Shown piece by piece: positions 49,558-62,114 of a stretch of 64,000 bases of DNA. Source of the DNA: Bugula neritina (lineage: Eukaryota; Animalia; Bryozoa); the NCBI GenBank assembly GCA_964035545.1, contig OZ037766.1:22060767-22124766 (forward strand), given 5' to 3'. Each line of letters opens with the position of its first letter. Position 1 is the first letter of the stretch. Made by a program: the position numbers and the translations under genes. Under the pieces are notes generated by a model that worked only from the letters and a program-made list of their open reading frames with translations, was not told the DNA's origin and made no database searches.

Positions 49558-49890
49558 TAATACTAATACTATTAGATATTAATATTGCTATTACTATTAC
49601 TATTAGTATTACTATTAGTATTAGTAATACTGAGTATTAGTATTAGCAATATTATTACTAATAGTAATACTAATAGTGATAGTAATACTAATACTAATAC
49701 TAATAGTTATACTAATACTAATACTATTAGTATTAGTATAACTATTAGTATTAGTATTAGTATTACTATCACTATTAGTATTAGTATTACTATTAGTAAT
49801 AATATTGCTAATACTAATACTCAGTATTACTAATACTAATAGTAATACTAATAGTAATAGCAATATTAATATCTAATAGTATTAGTATTA
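49558..49890. repeat. 333-bp AT-rich palindrome (two 166-nt arms, 1-nt spacer at 49724) within a TACTAA/TTAGTA tract
   Basis: Arms aligned by hand: identical apart from two compensating 6-nt unit indels. Confidence 0.92.
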
Positions 49891-49950
49891 GTAATAGTAA
49901 TGTAATACTAATACTAATAGATTTATAGTATTAATACTATAACTAATACT

Positions 49951-51700
49951 ATAAATAAAAATCCCCCTCTCATTAGTCTTACAAACAACCAAAACAAACT
50001 TACTGAGGGCCCCAAAAAATGTGCTGAGCTTCTTAACAACTTCTTCCAAGAACAATATTACCCGGTCACTAAATAGTACCGGGAAGACATTGGAATATCT
50101 GATGATGGGATTGCAAAGCTGATAACAAATCTAAACAGCGGGAAACCGGCTGGTCCCGATGGAATCAGAAAACCTGATCTTTTGATAAACCTACCAAACA
50201 CTGCTACTTGTCTTGGCCATATATCCCGTGACTCCCTTGCACACGGACGCCTGCCGAACCAATGGAAAACAGCAAATGTAACACCCATCTACAAAGGAGG
50301 AGATGTGTCTTGTGCTAATAACTACAGACCCATTTCCCTCATCTCAATCTTGTGTAAGATAATGGAGCACATAGTACTTCACTACCTAAACGAAAAACTT
50401 GACAGTATCTTACACAACCATCAGCATGGCTTTAGGAAGGGCATGTCATGTGAAACTCAACTCTGCGCTACGTACCATGACCTTGCAAAGACTATGGAAT
50501 CCCGCAATACCACTCACGCACTGATATTAGATTTTAAAAAGGCATTCGATAAAGTACCGCACGCCCTATTGTTGAAGAGGCTAAGACAGATCCCTAATCT
50601 CAACCCTACTATTACAAACTAGATACAGAAGTTTTTGACAGACCGCTGCCAACGAGTTGTGATAAAAGGGGAATATTTAAGTATGGTTTTGGTTACATCT
50701 GGTGTCCCCCAGGGCTCGGTCCTGAGACCGACTCTCTTCCTCCTGTATATAAATGGCTTGCCCTTTGCTGTCTCTTACAAGGTCAGCCTCTACGCTGATG
50801 ACATGCTATTGTATCAAGAGGTAAATACTGAACCTGATTTCCAGAGGTTTCAGAGTAACATAAATGCCGTAAAAGATTGGTCAGAGAGGTGGAGAATGCC
50901 TTTCAATACTTCTAAATGTTCTGCCATAAGCTTTGGGCCAAATAAACAACACCAGTCAAACTATACACTCGGTTCCTCTCCTATTCTTATTTCACGGAAT
51001 ATCTTGGCATCATCCTACAGCACAACCTGAGCTTCAACAAGCACATTGATGTAAAAATTGAGAAAGCAAGTAAAATATTAGGTGCTATAAATTAATCTAT
51101 ACTCCACTCTGCGCCAAAACACAGTCGTCTCCTTGCATACACTAGTTTATGTAGACCCATTTCGGACTATGCTGATACGGTGTGGGACCCAGCCACTAAA
51201 AGTGTAGCAGAAAGATTAGAAAGGATTCAAAACAAGGCTGTAAGGTACATAAGTGAACTGAAGGGTCGTGAAAGTGTCACTGATGCCAGAAACTAGCTTG
51301 GGTTGAAAACCTTAGCCAGTCGTCGAAGGGATCACCGAGTGGGACTGCTTGTCAGAATCCTTGGGGATGAGGAACACCACAGCGCACTCTCGACCAGTTA
51401 CAATAAAATTATGAAAAGCAGATCAAAGACCACCATGTACACTCGTGCTGCCAGTCGTGGACAACTGAATTCAATATATGCCTCATCAAGCGTTTTCCGA
51501 GACAATTTTCTTCCCAGGACAATACGCGATATGCGTCTATTACAGAATGAAACTGATGGCTAATGTCAAACAGCGTTACGCTGCAACTCCAGACCGTAGT
51601 TTCTACAACACCGTTTTTATTTAGCACACCTGCGGCGCTCCGCTTGTGCTTCTAGCAATCTCAAGCGTGCAAAGGATACAGAGGTAAATACAGAGGTAAA
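49951..51700 (+). mobile_element. 5'-truncated, disrupted LINE (CR1/L2-group) reverse transcriptase ORF2 plus 3' tail
   Basis: AGPDGI, WKTANVTPIYKGG, NYRPISL, QHGFRKG.SC, DFKKAFDKVPH, SGVPQGSVL, YADD, W.MPFN.SKC; stop at 50620 plus frameshifts; tandem tail (ATACAGAGGTAA)2 at ~51677-51700. Confidence 0.93.
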
Positions 51701-51889
51701 GTTAATGTTGTAACCATGTCTATAATTGTTATAACTATGTCTATAAGTGTGACTATAAGTATGAGTATTAGTATAAAGTATAATCTATTAGTATTACTCT
51801 ATTACTATCAGTATCACTACTAGTATTAGTATTACTCTTAGTAAAAGTATTACTATTACTATTAGTATTAGACTTGGTATAAGTATTAC

Positions 51890-53711
51890 CAGGGATGTAG
51901 TGGCAAAAATATTCTAGGTCATACTCTCAGGCCGGGGGTCCAGGGAGCCGCCCAGGCCCCCGACGGGGTTCGGGGCAGCGCCTCGGCCGCCGAAGTGCCG
52001 CCCAGGCTCCCGACGGAGTTAGGAGCAGCGCCCCGGCCGCCGAAGCCCTCAGAGCGCTTCTGGTGCAAATTTATGCAATTTAAAGTCATTGTGAATTATA
52101 GTTCTTCTGAAAAAAATCTGTGTTGAAATGTGCACCTTGCTATTATTTTCATACCATACCAGCTACATGACGACTGGGCATTGCTGCAAACTATATAAAT
52201 ATTCAGTCTTGTTCCATACCTGTTGAATGTAATGTAGTCTTACTCAACTGCAGTTAGGTTTGTTCTAACACTAAGTCCAACCTGTATAGAAAAATAGCTG
52301 AATATCTCAAAAAGATGGAAGGATAGAGGCAGGTAACAAGTGCTCTCCAAATGCAACCTGATTACTTTAAATAACTAATACACTGCCGTGCAAAGAAAAA
52401 GAATAATAGATCAGAACAGAGGAAGATTGCTAATCAGAAAATGTGTGTTGGTTATTTATAAAGAGCAATTTAAATTGATAACTCATTGGCAAGCAGAAAT
52501 TGGTTGAAAACCTGTTTGGAGTTTCATAGAGTACTAGTCTAATTCATAAGGTGATACCGCCACACCTCCTTACACACAATAAAGCACATCCAAGAAGAGT
52601 ATGTTAACTTCCACTAGATACATCAAGGAAATATACCCCAAAAGAACAAATTTGACAGGTTTAATATGTGTTAACCTAGGAGATGATTAAATGTAAAGCC
52701 AGACGTTAGTACAATCAAACATAAAAAGATACTTATGGTGGTGTACAGTTTGCAAAACCTTATTGCTTTGATAATTAACATGAAATAACGCTAGATTTTT
52801 GACCAAAATGTGGATAAAGTACCTGTAAACCTCAGTGATAAATTTTCGTTAGCCTCTCCTACACACCTGGTACTGTTTCTTGAAGACATTTTGATTTGAT
52901 TTTTGGATGTCATGTTGGTTTTTTCCAAATTCAATTGTTTATTGACAAAATGCAAGTCCACACAAGATAGATAAGGGTAATTTTCTAGCTGTCACAGCCT
53001 TGCTGAGGCCACATTATTGGTATATTATAAGAATTCAGTCCCGCCAAATAAAACCTCACTTAATTGTGCTAGAATTAAAATTTAAAAACCATGTTTTAGA
53101 TCTTCCTGTTCCTCAGAGCACCTGCTTTTTCGAGTTTTCAATATTTTTTTGCAAAGTTATAGACAAAAATCCACCCATTTTTGGCCAATTTTACCAGAAA
53201 AATTTATTTTCAATCCCTGCCAAATATCTCAGCAGGAAAGCATGTTATTCGAATAGAACAAACACTGTCGGAAACCTGAAAAATTTATGCATAGCAAATT
53301 TTTTGATCTTTTCAGTAGCCTTCATAGATTTTCTACAAGTTAGTGATTTATACACTGAAAATGAAAGATTTTTTCCTTAGTAATCACCAATGCACAGCAC
53401 TTCGCGCTTCAGTGAACACGTAGAGATAAGAAGATAGAGTGTTGATAGCTGCTTATTATTCATAGTGTAATCTCAGGCTAAACAATCACAAGTAGGCAAC
53501 ACGAATGCCACCCACATAGCATTAACATAACGAGCACTTAAATTAGATTGTGAGCGAAATTTATGATATTCTCAGTGAGGATGCCCAAACCATCCTGTGC
53601 ACTAATCATCTTTCAAAATAATTATGCCCATACGGGCGTATGGCCTAGAACAGTCTATTTTCTTCTAGGCCATACGGCATATGGGACCATATGGGTACCA
53701 CTACATCCCTG
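51890..53711. mobile_element. Non-autonomous hAT transposon (non-Charlie termini)
   Basis: 14-bp perfect TIRs CAGGGATGTAGTGG; 8-bp TSD AGTATTAC at 51882-51889 and 53712-53719; GC-rich 50-bp tandem duplication at 51947-52046. Confidence 0.92.
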
Positions 53712-54230
53712 AGTATTACACTTTTACAGTAATACTAATAGTAATACTATATAGTATATTAGTATTAGGGTTCAAAACAGGCATGATTAGCCTGTTTGTA
53801 GTAAAAACAGTCAACGCAGTAGTTATTATATTGTAATTTATATTATGATTCACTTACATTTACTTGTACAGGCACAATGATGCTTGTACTATTTTATGTA
53901 TTAGTTATTACATTCTGATCCATATTGGTAGCCTGTTGAAAAACTATATTAGCAAATACGTTATATGTTGTTATTTATGATGATTTCACTTATTTCAAAA
54001 GCTTTTTAAATCATTGGCATTTCAAAATCACTGCAACCATTGCTTGTTGTTTTGCATCATTTATACTGTAGACTGTAGAGTGTTCTTTAAAAGTTCGCAA
54101 ATTATGTGATGTTCAAATTTAAATAAGCTGTTAAACTTGCAGAATTTTCTTGAGGCTGGTTATCTTAAGCTATCTTTCCAAGTCATGTATCATGTGTTTG
54201 TTTTGTAGATAAGTCGTCACACTTTGCAAC

Positions 54231-57200
54231 ATGTCTGCTATTGTCAATAAAAGAATAGATGTTGTTGCTTTTACACTTTTGGCAACTGGCGGTAAGCTCT
54301 AAATTTTATTGCTTCAAACAATATCAAGTAATGAAATTTATACTGTGAGTAAAATTTGTTGGAACACGAATTTTCTGGTGTTACTATTGTGTTGTTGTGT
54401 TATTAGTAGCATCTTTAGACTATACAATGTTTAGGTGCGATGCTTTACTACTATATTATGTCTCGAAAACCACGGCAAAAAGTAGAAAATAGATGTGGCG
54501 ATACCAGCAAGGATTGTTTATATCTCACACACAGTGTGTATAATCAGTTGAAGCTACATATGCATGAATCATATGCCAAGTCGAGAATCTTTCTGATAGA
54601 CTCAGTCCAGGCCTGGGAAAAAGCGTTTGAAGTGCTTAAAGAAGATTTAAAACTTATCAAGGTTACAGAATTAAATGTGTCTACACTTATTAGATTACAC
54701 CTATTACACTTAATAGCATAAGTGCAATAATGCACTTATGCTATTAGAAATCATTGTTAGAATTTAATGAGTAACCATGTGTCTTGTTATTAATAATTAT
54801 CAGTCAGTTTTTTTTTGAAAAAGTTGAGGTTCTTTCAATTTATATTGTGTTTATAATAAGCCGGTTTTTTTTCTAAAAATTAAGTTACTGCTGATTTTTG
54901 ACAATAGAATTTAATTAATACTAAAATTTTGAGTAGTTTAAGAACTTTTATATGTTATATTATTGGCACTCTCAGGCTTTAGGTATGGATTGTGAGTGGA
55001 TTACGGTACAAAGAAAAAGAAATCCTGTATCCATGTTGCAGTTGTCTTCTCTCAACTGTACCTGTTTGATCCGTCTACACTTGATAGAGGCATACGGTGG
55101 CCTTCCACAATCTCTAGTACAGCTACTTGAGGATAAAAGGTTAGAAGTTAGGGACGTATATTTAGGAACTGAACTTCAGAAAAAATCATTTGCATAAAGT
55201 TAGCTTCAGTTCTTAGGCTACAGTCTGTCATTATAATGACTTTAAGAAACTGTGAGATGCTTTATAATTATGTGGTAAACATAGCAGGTTATATTTTCAA
55301 AGGAAGTAAATTGCAATTGAAAAGAGGTAATTTTACTCATTTTTATTTATTTGCAGCATATATTAATTTTTATTTGCCAATTAGATGCCCTGTGTGATGC
55401 CTTGAAGGTCAAGTTCAAGATGTTATTTTCATAACAGCCCATTGGTAGGGTAACTCCTAGTTTAAGGATCTTTCTTGCATATTTGCTACTTTTATGGCAT
55501 TGTGTAGGTGAAATGCCCATCTTGTTCAAGATGCCTTGCTAGTCTGAGTGTTATCTTACAAGTTTTGTAGTAACTACAGCAGCTATGGCAACTTGACTGC
55601 CTATTGGTTATTATTCTTACAAGGTGAGTTCTCATTTTGGGTTGCAATGTACATTTACTTGTAGCATATTCAAGGTTGGGGTTGGTGCTTTAGATGACAG
55701 AGATAAATTAGCCTCAGATTATGCTATTTCCATGATCGGATGTGTCGATTTACGATACATGGCTGGCAGACACCGCAAATCTTGGTAAGAATATTGCAAT
55801 ATCACAGCATGATTTACATGAAAATGTAATTAACAAGCATGTTAAAGTCATGTGGCATATTTCACATTGAAGGAGCAGTGGAGGCCTGAAAAAGTATGCT
55901 GAAGAAATAGCTGGTATGACCTTGAATAAGTCAGATTCCTTGCGACGAGGTGACTGGGAAGCTGAAAGCTTGTCATCTGAAATGGTATAGGCTAAAGATA
56001 GGTTTGCTAATTTGTATAGCACTAGTAATATTATTAGAAGTCTCGCTAATAGTTCAATAGGTTGTACCTAGATTGTCCACAAACATCTACCCAAGTGTGT
56101 TATACTGTATTTACGTTAGAAATAATTCTAATTGCACTTACAATTCTTGCATGCTTTATTTCCAGCAATCATATGCAGCTAAAGACTCTCAAGCCGGTTT
56201 GGCTGTGTTTCTCTGTCTGGTTAGTTTAAAGTTACATTCCACCCAGGAATATGATAGCCTAACTTTCTTACTCACTGATATACAACGGAGGTCTGTGCCT
56301 ATGTGCCATGGAATTGTGGATCTTCACTATAAACAAAATCCTGTAAGTCAAGCTCTTTGCATCTTAGTCAATATATTTACTCAATTATGCTAGCTACTCT
56401 TTTATTGTTGGACCAATAATAATGATTGAGAGTTGTATTCTTTTTTGAGCAAAATTTTTCACAGCCATTTTACTGAGCTGACCAATAATCACAAATTCAG
56501 CTTTCTTGGTTAATGATGCATTTGATATGAGGGCTTCACAGAATACTAGCTGGTGGACAACCAGTTGTTACCATATCACTGATGGTATATTCTGTAGTCT
56601 ATAAGGGTGCTTCTCCTACTAGGATGTATATCTGCTGTTGAAAATAAGGCAATACAGTGAAATTTGAACAATTTTACCTTTACTATGTCTATAATAGTTC
56701 TATTGGTGGGAAATTGACTTGGATACAGAAAAATAGAACCCTTTCCATCAAAAGTTTTTAGAGGGATGGTGACTATAAAGTATAAACGCACATCAGTTTT
56801 ATTTGGGTTTGAAGCATTACTGTTTTATTGCTAAACAATTTTTCATACTAAAAATATCTGCTGGAACCAGTGCTGTTAAAAACTGCAATTGCATTTACTT
56901 CAAGCAAAATGCCATGGTCAAACTAACCTTAGACCACAAAAGGGTTTAAAGAGCATTTCAAACAAATTGTTTTCAACATCTGTTCAGATGAAAATAACAT
57001 AACATCTTTACCCTTAACTACACCAACTCTTCAACTCTCAGTTTATCATAATTATTTCAAAGTTTTATCATTTGTCCTGTCTACTGGGACAATGTAATTA
57101 TTTTTATTCTTGTATTTTTAGACCAAAGTGGCAGCTTCTTCCACTAACAAGCAGAAGGCTGTGCCTACTGTAAACGTGTCAAAGACAATAACAAGTAATG

Positions 57201-59485
57201 CGTTGAGGACCAAGTCTATGTACAGCAACTGTGTGATGGAGGCCCCTGATGGCCAAGTACTGTGTGTATGTGATGCAAAGAAAGCTCAGTGGTACTGTGA
57301 GAAAGGACTGGCTGGTTAGTTACCTACTTAACATCTTTCTTCCAAAGGCGTCAGGTTTCTTAACATCATGACAATAAAACTTCAAATCTTTAAACCAATA
57401 AATACTATTTTTTGTGTATTATATAGCCCATGTAGGTTAATATTTTGTCTTGTAAAATTTAAGCTGTTTCATGTTTAAAATTTCTATATGGAATGGTTGA
57501 AATGTTTGAGTTACTTTCAAGCTTGCCTTCAAAGAAAGCACAAAACCTGCTGTATATAAACATGCCGGTTCTAGCTTTAAAACTAGACTGTAGTATTTTA
57601 TTTGATGGAGGTTTGCAATAGTATTTCTTAGGAAATCTCAGTCATCTATGATGGCAAACGCTTTGAAAACAGTTCTTTATCTTCTTTCTTACCATGTTCT
57701 ATTTGGTTTTCAAAGCTCTGTAAAATATTTGTGGTAGCCCATTTACTGTTAATTTTCTATGACAGAGAATGTAACAAAGGATGGGGCAGAAGATATGGTT
57801 ATTAGACTGAAATTTGAGCCACGAGGCAGGCCTTCTGGTGAGAGAGACTATTATCGGTCTAAGAAGAAAAATATTTGTGTAGTGTGTGGGGCAGACAAAT
57901 CCTTTATTAGAAAAAATATCGTACCCAGAGAATACAGAAAGTACGTAAACCATTATCTAATATTACATTTGCATCTGTATATATTTACAATTTTCTTTTT
58001 ACTCTTGATGCAAAATCTACAAAAGATTGTTTTTCAGATGTGTTATATTCGTTACATTTGCAGATGTGTTATATTCATTACATCTAAAGATATATTATAT
58101 TCACTACATCTGCAGATACCTCTTACTCTGCATGTTTTCCAACAGACACTTCCCAGAAATCCTCAAGTCTCACTCTTCTCATGACGTTGTGCTGCTGTGT
58201 GCATCTTGCCACAAGAAAACAGGTATTTTTGACCAAGAGTACAAAGAGCACTTTGCCCAGTTATGTAACGCCCCCTACAAGTCTGGTGGTGTCACTATTG
58301 ACAGTGACCTGAAGAAGGTCAAGTCAGCTGCGAGGTAAGTTGGTGGTTGTTTATGTACCATTGAAGCAGATTTAGTTGATCTGTTTTTAAAATCGATCAT
58401 CTCAAAGAAGATTCAACAAATCAGTTATGTTTAAGAGGGAGAAAATCTGTGTCAATTTAAAGTTATTAGTCATTTGAAAAATATTTATGGCATTACTGGC
58501 TCACAATTGAAATATCATGTGCTACAATTTCTAAAATCTGAAATTTGTGTTTAAAAATTATGTGAAAAGTAATGTTAATTGCTATTTGTGGAGATCTAGC
58601 TTATATGAAAATGTATATGAATGTATATATATGGTGTAAAAATATTGCTTTTTCTTGAGTATGTTAAATTTTCAAGTATCAATATAAAGTATTATCTTTC
58701 TATGTTGGTCACTACGTTGCTTCATTGTGCTTTCAAAAGTTTAATTTCGTTTCTATAATATAAATTTAATAAACTCAACACATTGTTTTACGTCATGTAG
58801 TTTTTACATGTGGTGTTTATAGAACATTGAGTGGGTATGCAGACAAGCTTCCAGAAGAGAAATTAGTCGAGTGTCAGAGAATTCTCACTCAGTTCTTTGG
58901 TACAGAGGCTATCACTGATGATGTTCTCCAGTCTGCGTGCAACTTAGACGACAGGTTAGTTCATTTGCTGCGACTTCTCTCCCAAAATCTTCTCAAATTA
59001 TTTCATTACTGCTTTGAAAGCTTCACCTAGTTTTGTTATTTTACAGCCATACAAGTCATTTTAGCTCACTTTTCTTCGATTACTACTTACAATTTTGAAC
59101 TTCTAACAAATAAACAGCACTGAGTTGGTTGGGTGTGGTGTAGATATCTTGTATTCAACTTGGTATCGTATCAAGTGTGGGACTGACTCACGCAGCCAAC
59201 CAAAGAATTGAAAGTCAAATTAGAGCTTATGAGGTTTTTCATGGTGATAAATAGGTTTACCCGTTTGAAAAAAACCGATTTTTACCACAATGAACCACTG
59301 TTTCCAGAATAGTTGATAAAGAAGCACCTACACACAGTTATATTGTCATACAATACATGAAACAAAATGGCCAGCTGCAACAATTTGAGAAGCTGTGGCG
59401 GCAGCGTTTCATTGAGGTAATGCAGCCAAGATATCTGCATGAGCTGTGGCGAGTTGATTATGATCACCTGAAAATGTCTGCTTAG
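54231..59485 (+). CDS. EXD2: EXD2 3'-5' exonuclease, isoform with terminal exon A (575 aa)
   Basis: Exons 54231-54291, 54435-54661, 54976-55139, 55665-55784, 55873-55984, 56166-56342, 57122-57314, 57766-57940, 58146-58334, 58823-58954, 59308-59485 (1728 nt). N-terminal hydrophobic anchor followed by basic residues; ExoI LGMDCEW, KVGVG, CVDLR, ExoIII YAAKD; MYSNC..APDG..LC.CD.KKAQWY; CVVCG..RKNIVPREYRKHFP..KSHSSHDVVLLCASCH. Confidence 0.93.
56735..56782 (+). mobile_element. 3' fragment of the tRNA-derived SINE
   Basis: CCCTTTCCATCA..AGGGATGGTGACTATAA matches 7457-7497. Confidence 0.5.
58035..58117. repeat. ~26-bp minisatellite, ~3 copies (EXD2 intron)
   Basis: CAGATGTGTTATATTC(G/A)TTACAT(T/C)TG repeated with decay. 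Confidence 0.8.
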
Positions 59486-60474
59486 TACCTCACCATGTGT
59501 CCAGAGGTACTAGTTAATAACTCTTAGTCAATCTCCAAGTTTTCTTCGGGCGAAATTGTAGTTTACTATTCTATACTACTCAGTACTGCTGAATTATTAC
59601 ACCTTGTCCATTTTACTCTATATTTTACACAACACTCTGTATATTCTATTCTACACCTTACTTAATATTCTATTAGCTTGTTTAGTTTTGTTACTTATTC
59701 AATTTTGCAGTCATGAAGTTAATTTGAAGAAGACAATCTTCCTAAATTTTATTCCTTGGACTGGGAAAACAACTTGTTAAAATTGTTTTTTTTTTTAAAT
59801 TTTTGGTGAAAGCAGGAGTAAGCACCTTGTTTAGGGGTATCTAACAATTGATTTCTATGTTGAAAGATTTATTATATTTGAGGTCTAAATGTTTGAGTAG
59901 TTTTTGACTGTTGTGACGTCCAAGTCAATTGTACAACATTGAAAATCTATAAAAAAAACATTTTAACAGGGAATGGCGTAGGTCTTAGAGCAATTGTAAA
60001 TCAACCATGTTTTTGAGATAGATTTAATAATGCCTTTTGAACAACTTCGCACTCACTATACTTGGGTTCTAATATCATCCATATACCGCACCTGCTGGCA
60101 TTGTTGCCTTCTTACTGCAACTGTAGTTGGTAGGGAAATTTTGAGATAGATGTTACCAATGGGGATTGGAGAACTGCGACTTCTGAAATATGTTGCATCT
60201 TGTTGTCATTTTAGTGATTTTAAAATAGGTCAAAACGTTTTCTAAATTTATTTTTTTCAAGTTGTTCAGCACAGTAAAAGGTTCAATTGATAACTTTTAG
60301 CACAGCATCTACTATGTGTTTTAGCACATCTTTCTATGTATTTATGTTTACTGGGTAGTGGCTACATATTTTGAGTTGATATGTTGAGCATCAGTTTGGT
60401 ATATTCACACCCATAGGATGTTTTAAGTGATAGAATTATATAATAGTAATATTTATGTTTATTATTTGCTGTAG

Positions 60475-60679
60475 GAGTGGGGAATCACATGATCACAGTG
60501 CTCTAGTAGTCAGCTATTTCGACCAAAATTCATCTATTCAAGAATTTCAACGCATGTGGAGGTTGAGGTTTGTGGAGAAGATGAGTCCTGCCTATCTTGG
60601 AGATTACTGGCACGTTGACTACAATCATTTAGATTATTTGTGGACAAAAGATGACTCTCAGGCTATTGCATCGGGGTAG
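60475..60679 (+). CDS. EXD2: EXD2 alternative terminal exon B (584-aa isoform)
   Basis: Acceptor tttgctgtag ends at 60474 in the phase required by the donor at 58954. Translation HSALVV..EFQRMWRLRFVEKMSPAYLGDYWHVDYNHL is paralogous to exon A. AATAAA at 60764. Confidence 0.8.
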
Positions 60680-62114
60680 GGGTGTCATCAGGGCACACCA
60701 AACCTAAATCAAGGAACATGTTAGTACAATCCGCATGAAAGATAACTCTTTCAGGGAAAACTCAATAAAGAGCAAAGTTGATGGAATTGCCTGCATCTTA
60801 CAAATTTATTCATCTAATTGATTTACAATTTGAAACAAATTTATAATCAAAATTTTCCTGAATATTAATAAGACAATAACAGATTTATATAATTACTGCA
60901 ACTGCTTAGTTTGTTCTTGGAAGTGCAATTAAGTTTTTGGTAACTTGAAAAAGTACACAGCTCTTTGGGTTAGGATAGATATAAGCCCTTTGGTTGAATC
61001 AATAGGAAAACAACTTCAATAGTTACAACTCATTTTCTATTGGATATTAAAATTATCACCCTTAATTGCATTAATGAAGTGAAGCAAGCTTCATTGCAGT
61101 CCAAAAATCTCACCATTACAAAATTTAACTGAGGAGCTGTTTTCCTCTGTAGTCTATTACAACTGCTAATTAATGTATGTTTTGAGATTTAGACCATTTT
61201 AACTTTTAATAGCTTTTGATTCCACTGAAACTTGTTGTACAGTTGATTTCAGTCTCCCCAATCAGTCAAGTTCTTGTGTCATTGTATTTTTCTACTACAA
61301 GCTGAGTTTCAATGTTGAAAATTTCTCTTGTTTTATTTTATTTAAATATGTTTTTTATTTTTTACACTTGATTTTATTCTGATCAATTTTTTAATAAATT
61401 GTCTATCATTCTCCAGGGAATATTTTGCCATTATTATCTTGTCCTGATTGATTCTGCTAATAGATGTAGTTTTTAGTATGCTCATCAATTAACAAGCTTA
61501 CATTCATTATAGCAAGCGTTATAAAAAATTTATCACGAAAACCATAATTTTATAATATTTGCAGTGTAGAGTGCTTAATGATAGCATTAGTTATGTTTTT
61601 CTGCTATATATTATATCAATGCAATCACAAAGTTTCCTAGCAAGTTATCCATATTGTTCTTAAAGGAATGGACTAAATTAATAGTTTACTAGTTAGTTTA
61701 GTTTGCTAAATATTAAAATCATCTAGTATAATCTGTATGGTTACACGTTTATTAACCTTATCAAGAATTTTCACTGATAAGGTAAAAGAAAATCATTATG
61801 CATATATATATATATATAAGTATCATTATATATTCATAAATATATTACTTGAAACCTATTTATACTCAGTCATGCAAAATTATATATCCGATTAAAACTT
61901 ATAAAACCCCTGATGTCTAAAAAAACCTGACTGAGAATGGACTTTACCAATCAGGTATAGGCTACGTTATAATGGGATAAGGATCAATTATTGACATGGA
62001 AAATTATATTACATTACATAATTTCACACAAGCAAATCATCTGTCAGAATAAAAATGCCTTATTATATATAAAAACATATTTTAAAAACAAAACATTGAT
62101 GTATAGGCTACAAC

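Noticed and set aside
49230-49950. Hexamer tracts as interstitial telomeric repeats
   Set aside because: Units are TTAGTA/TACTAT in mixed orientation, not TTAGGG/TTAGG-type G-rich arrays.
53000-53380. 126-aa ORF inside the hAT element
   Set aside because: It has a non-ATG start and AT-biased composition, and the homologous block at 12325-12630 does not keep the frame.
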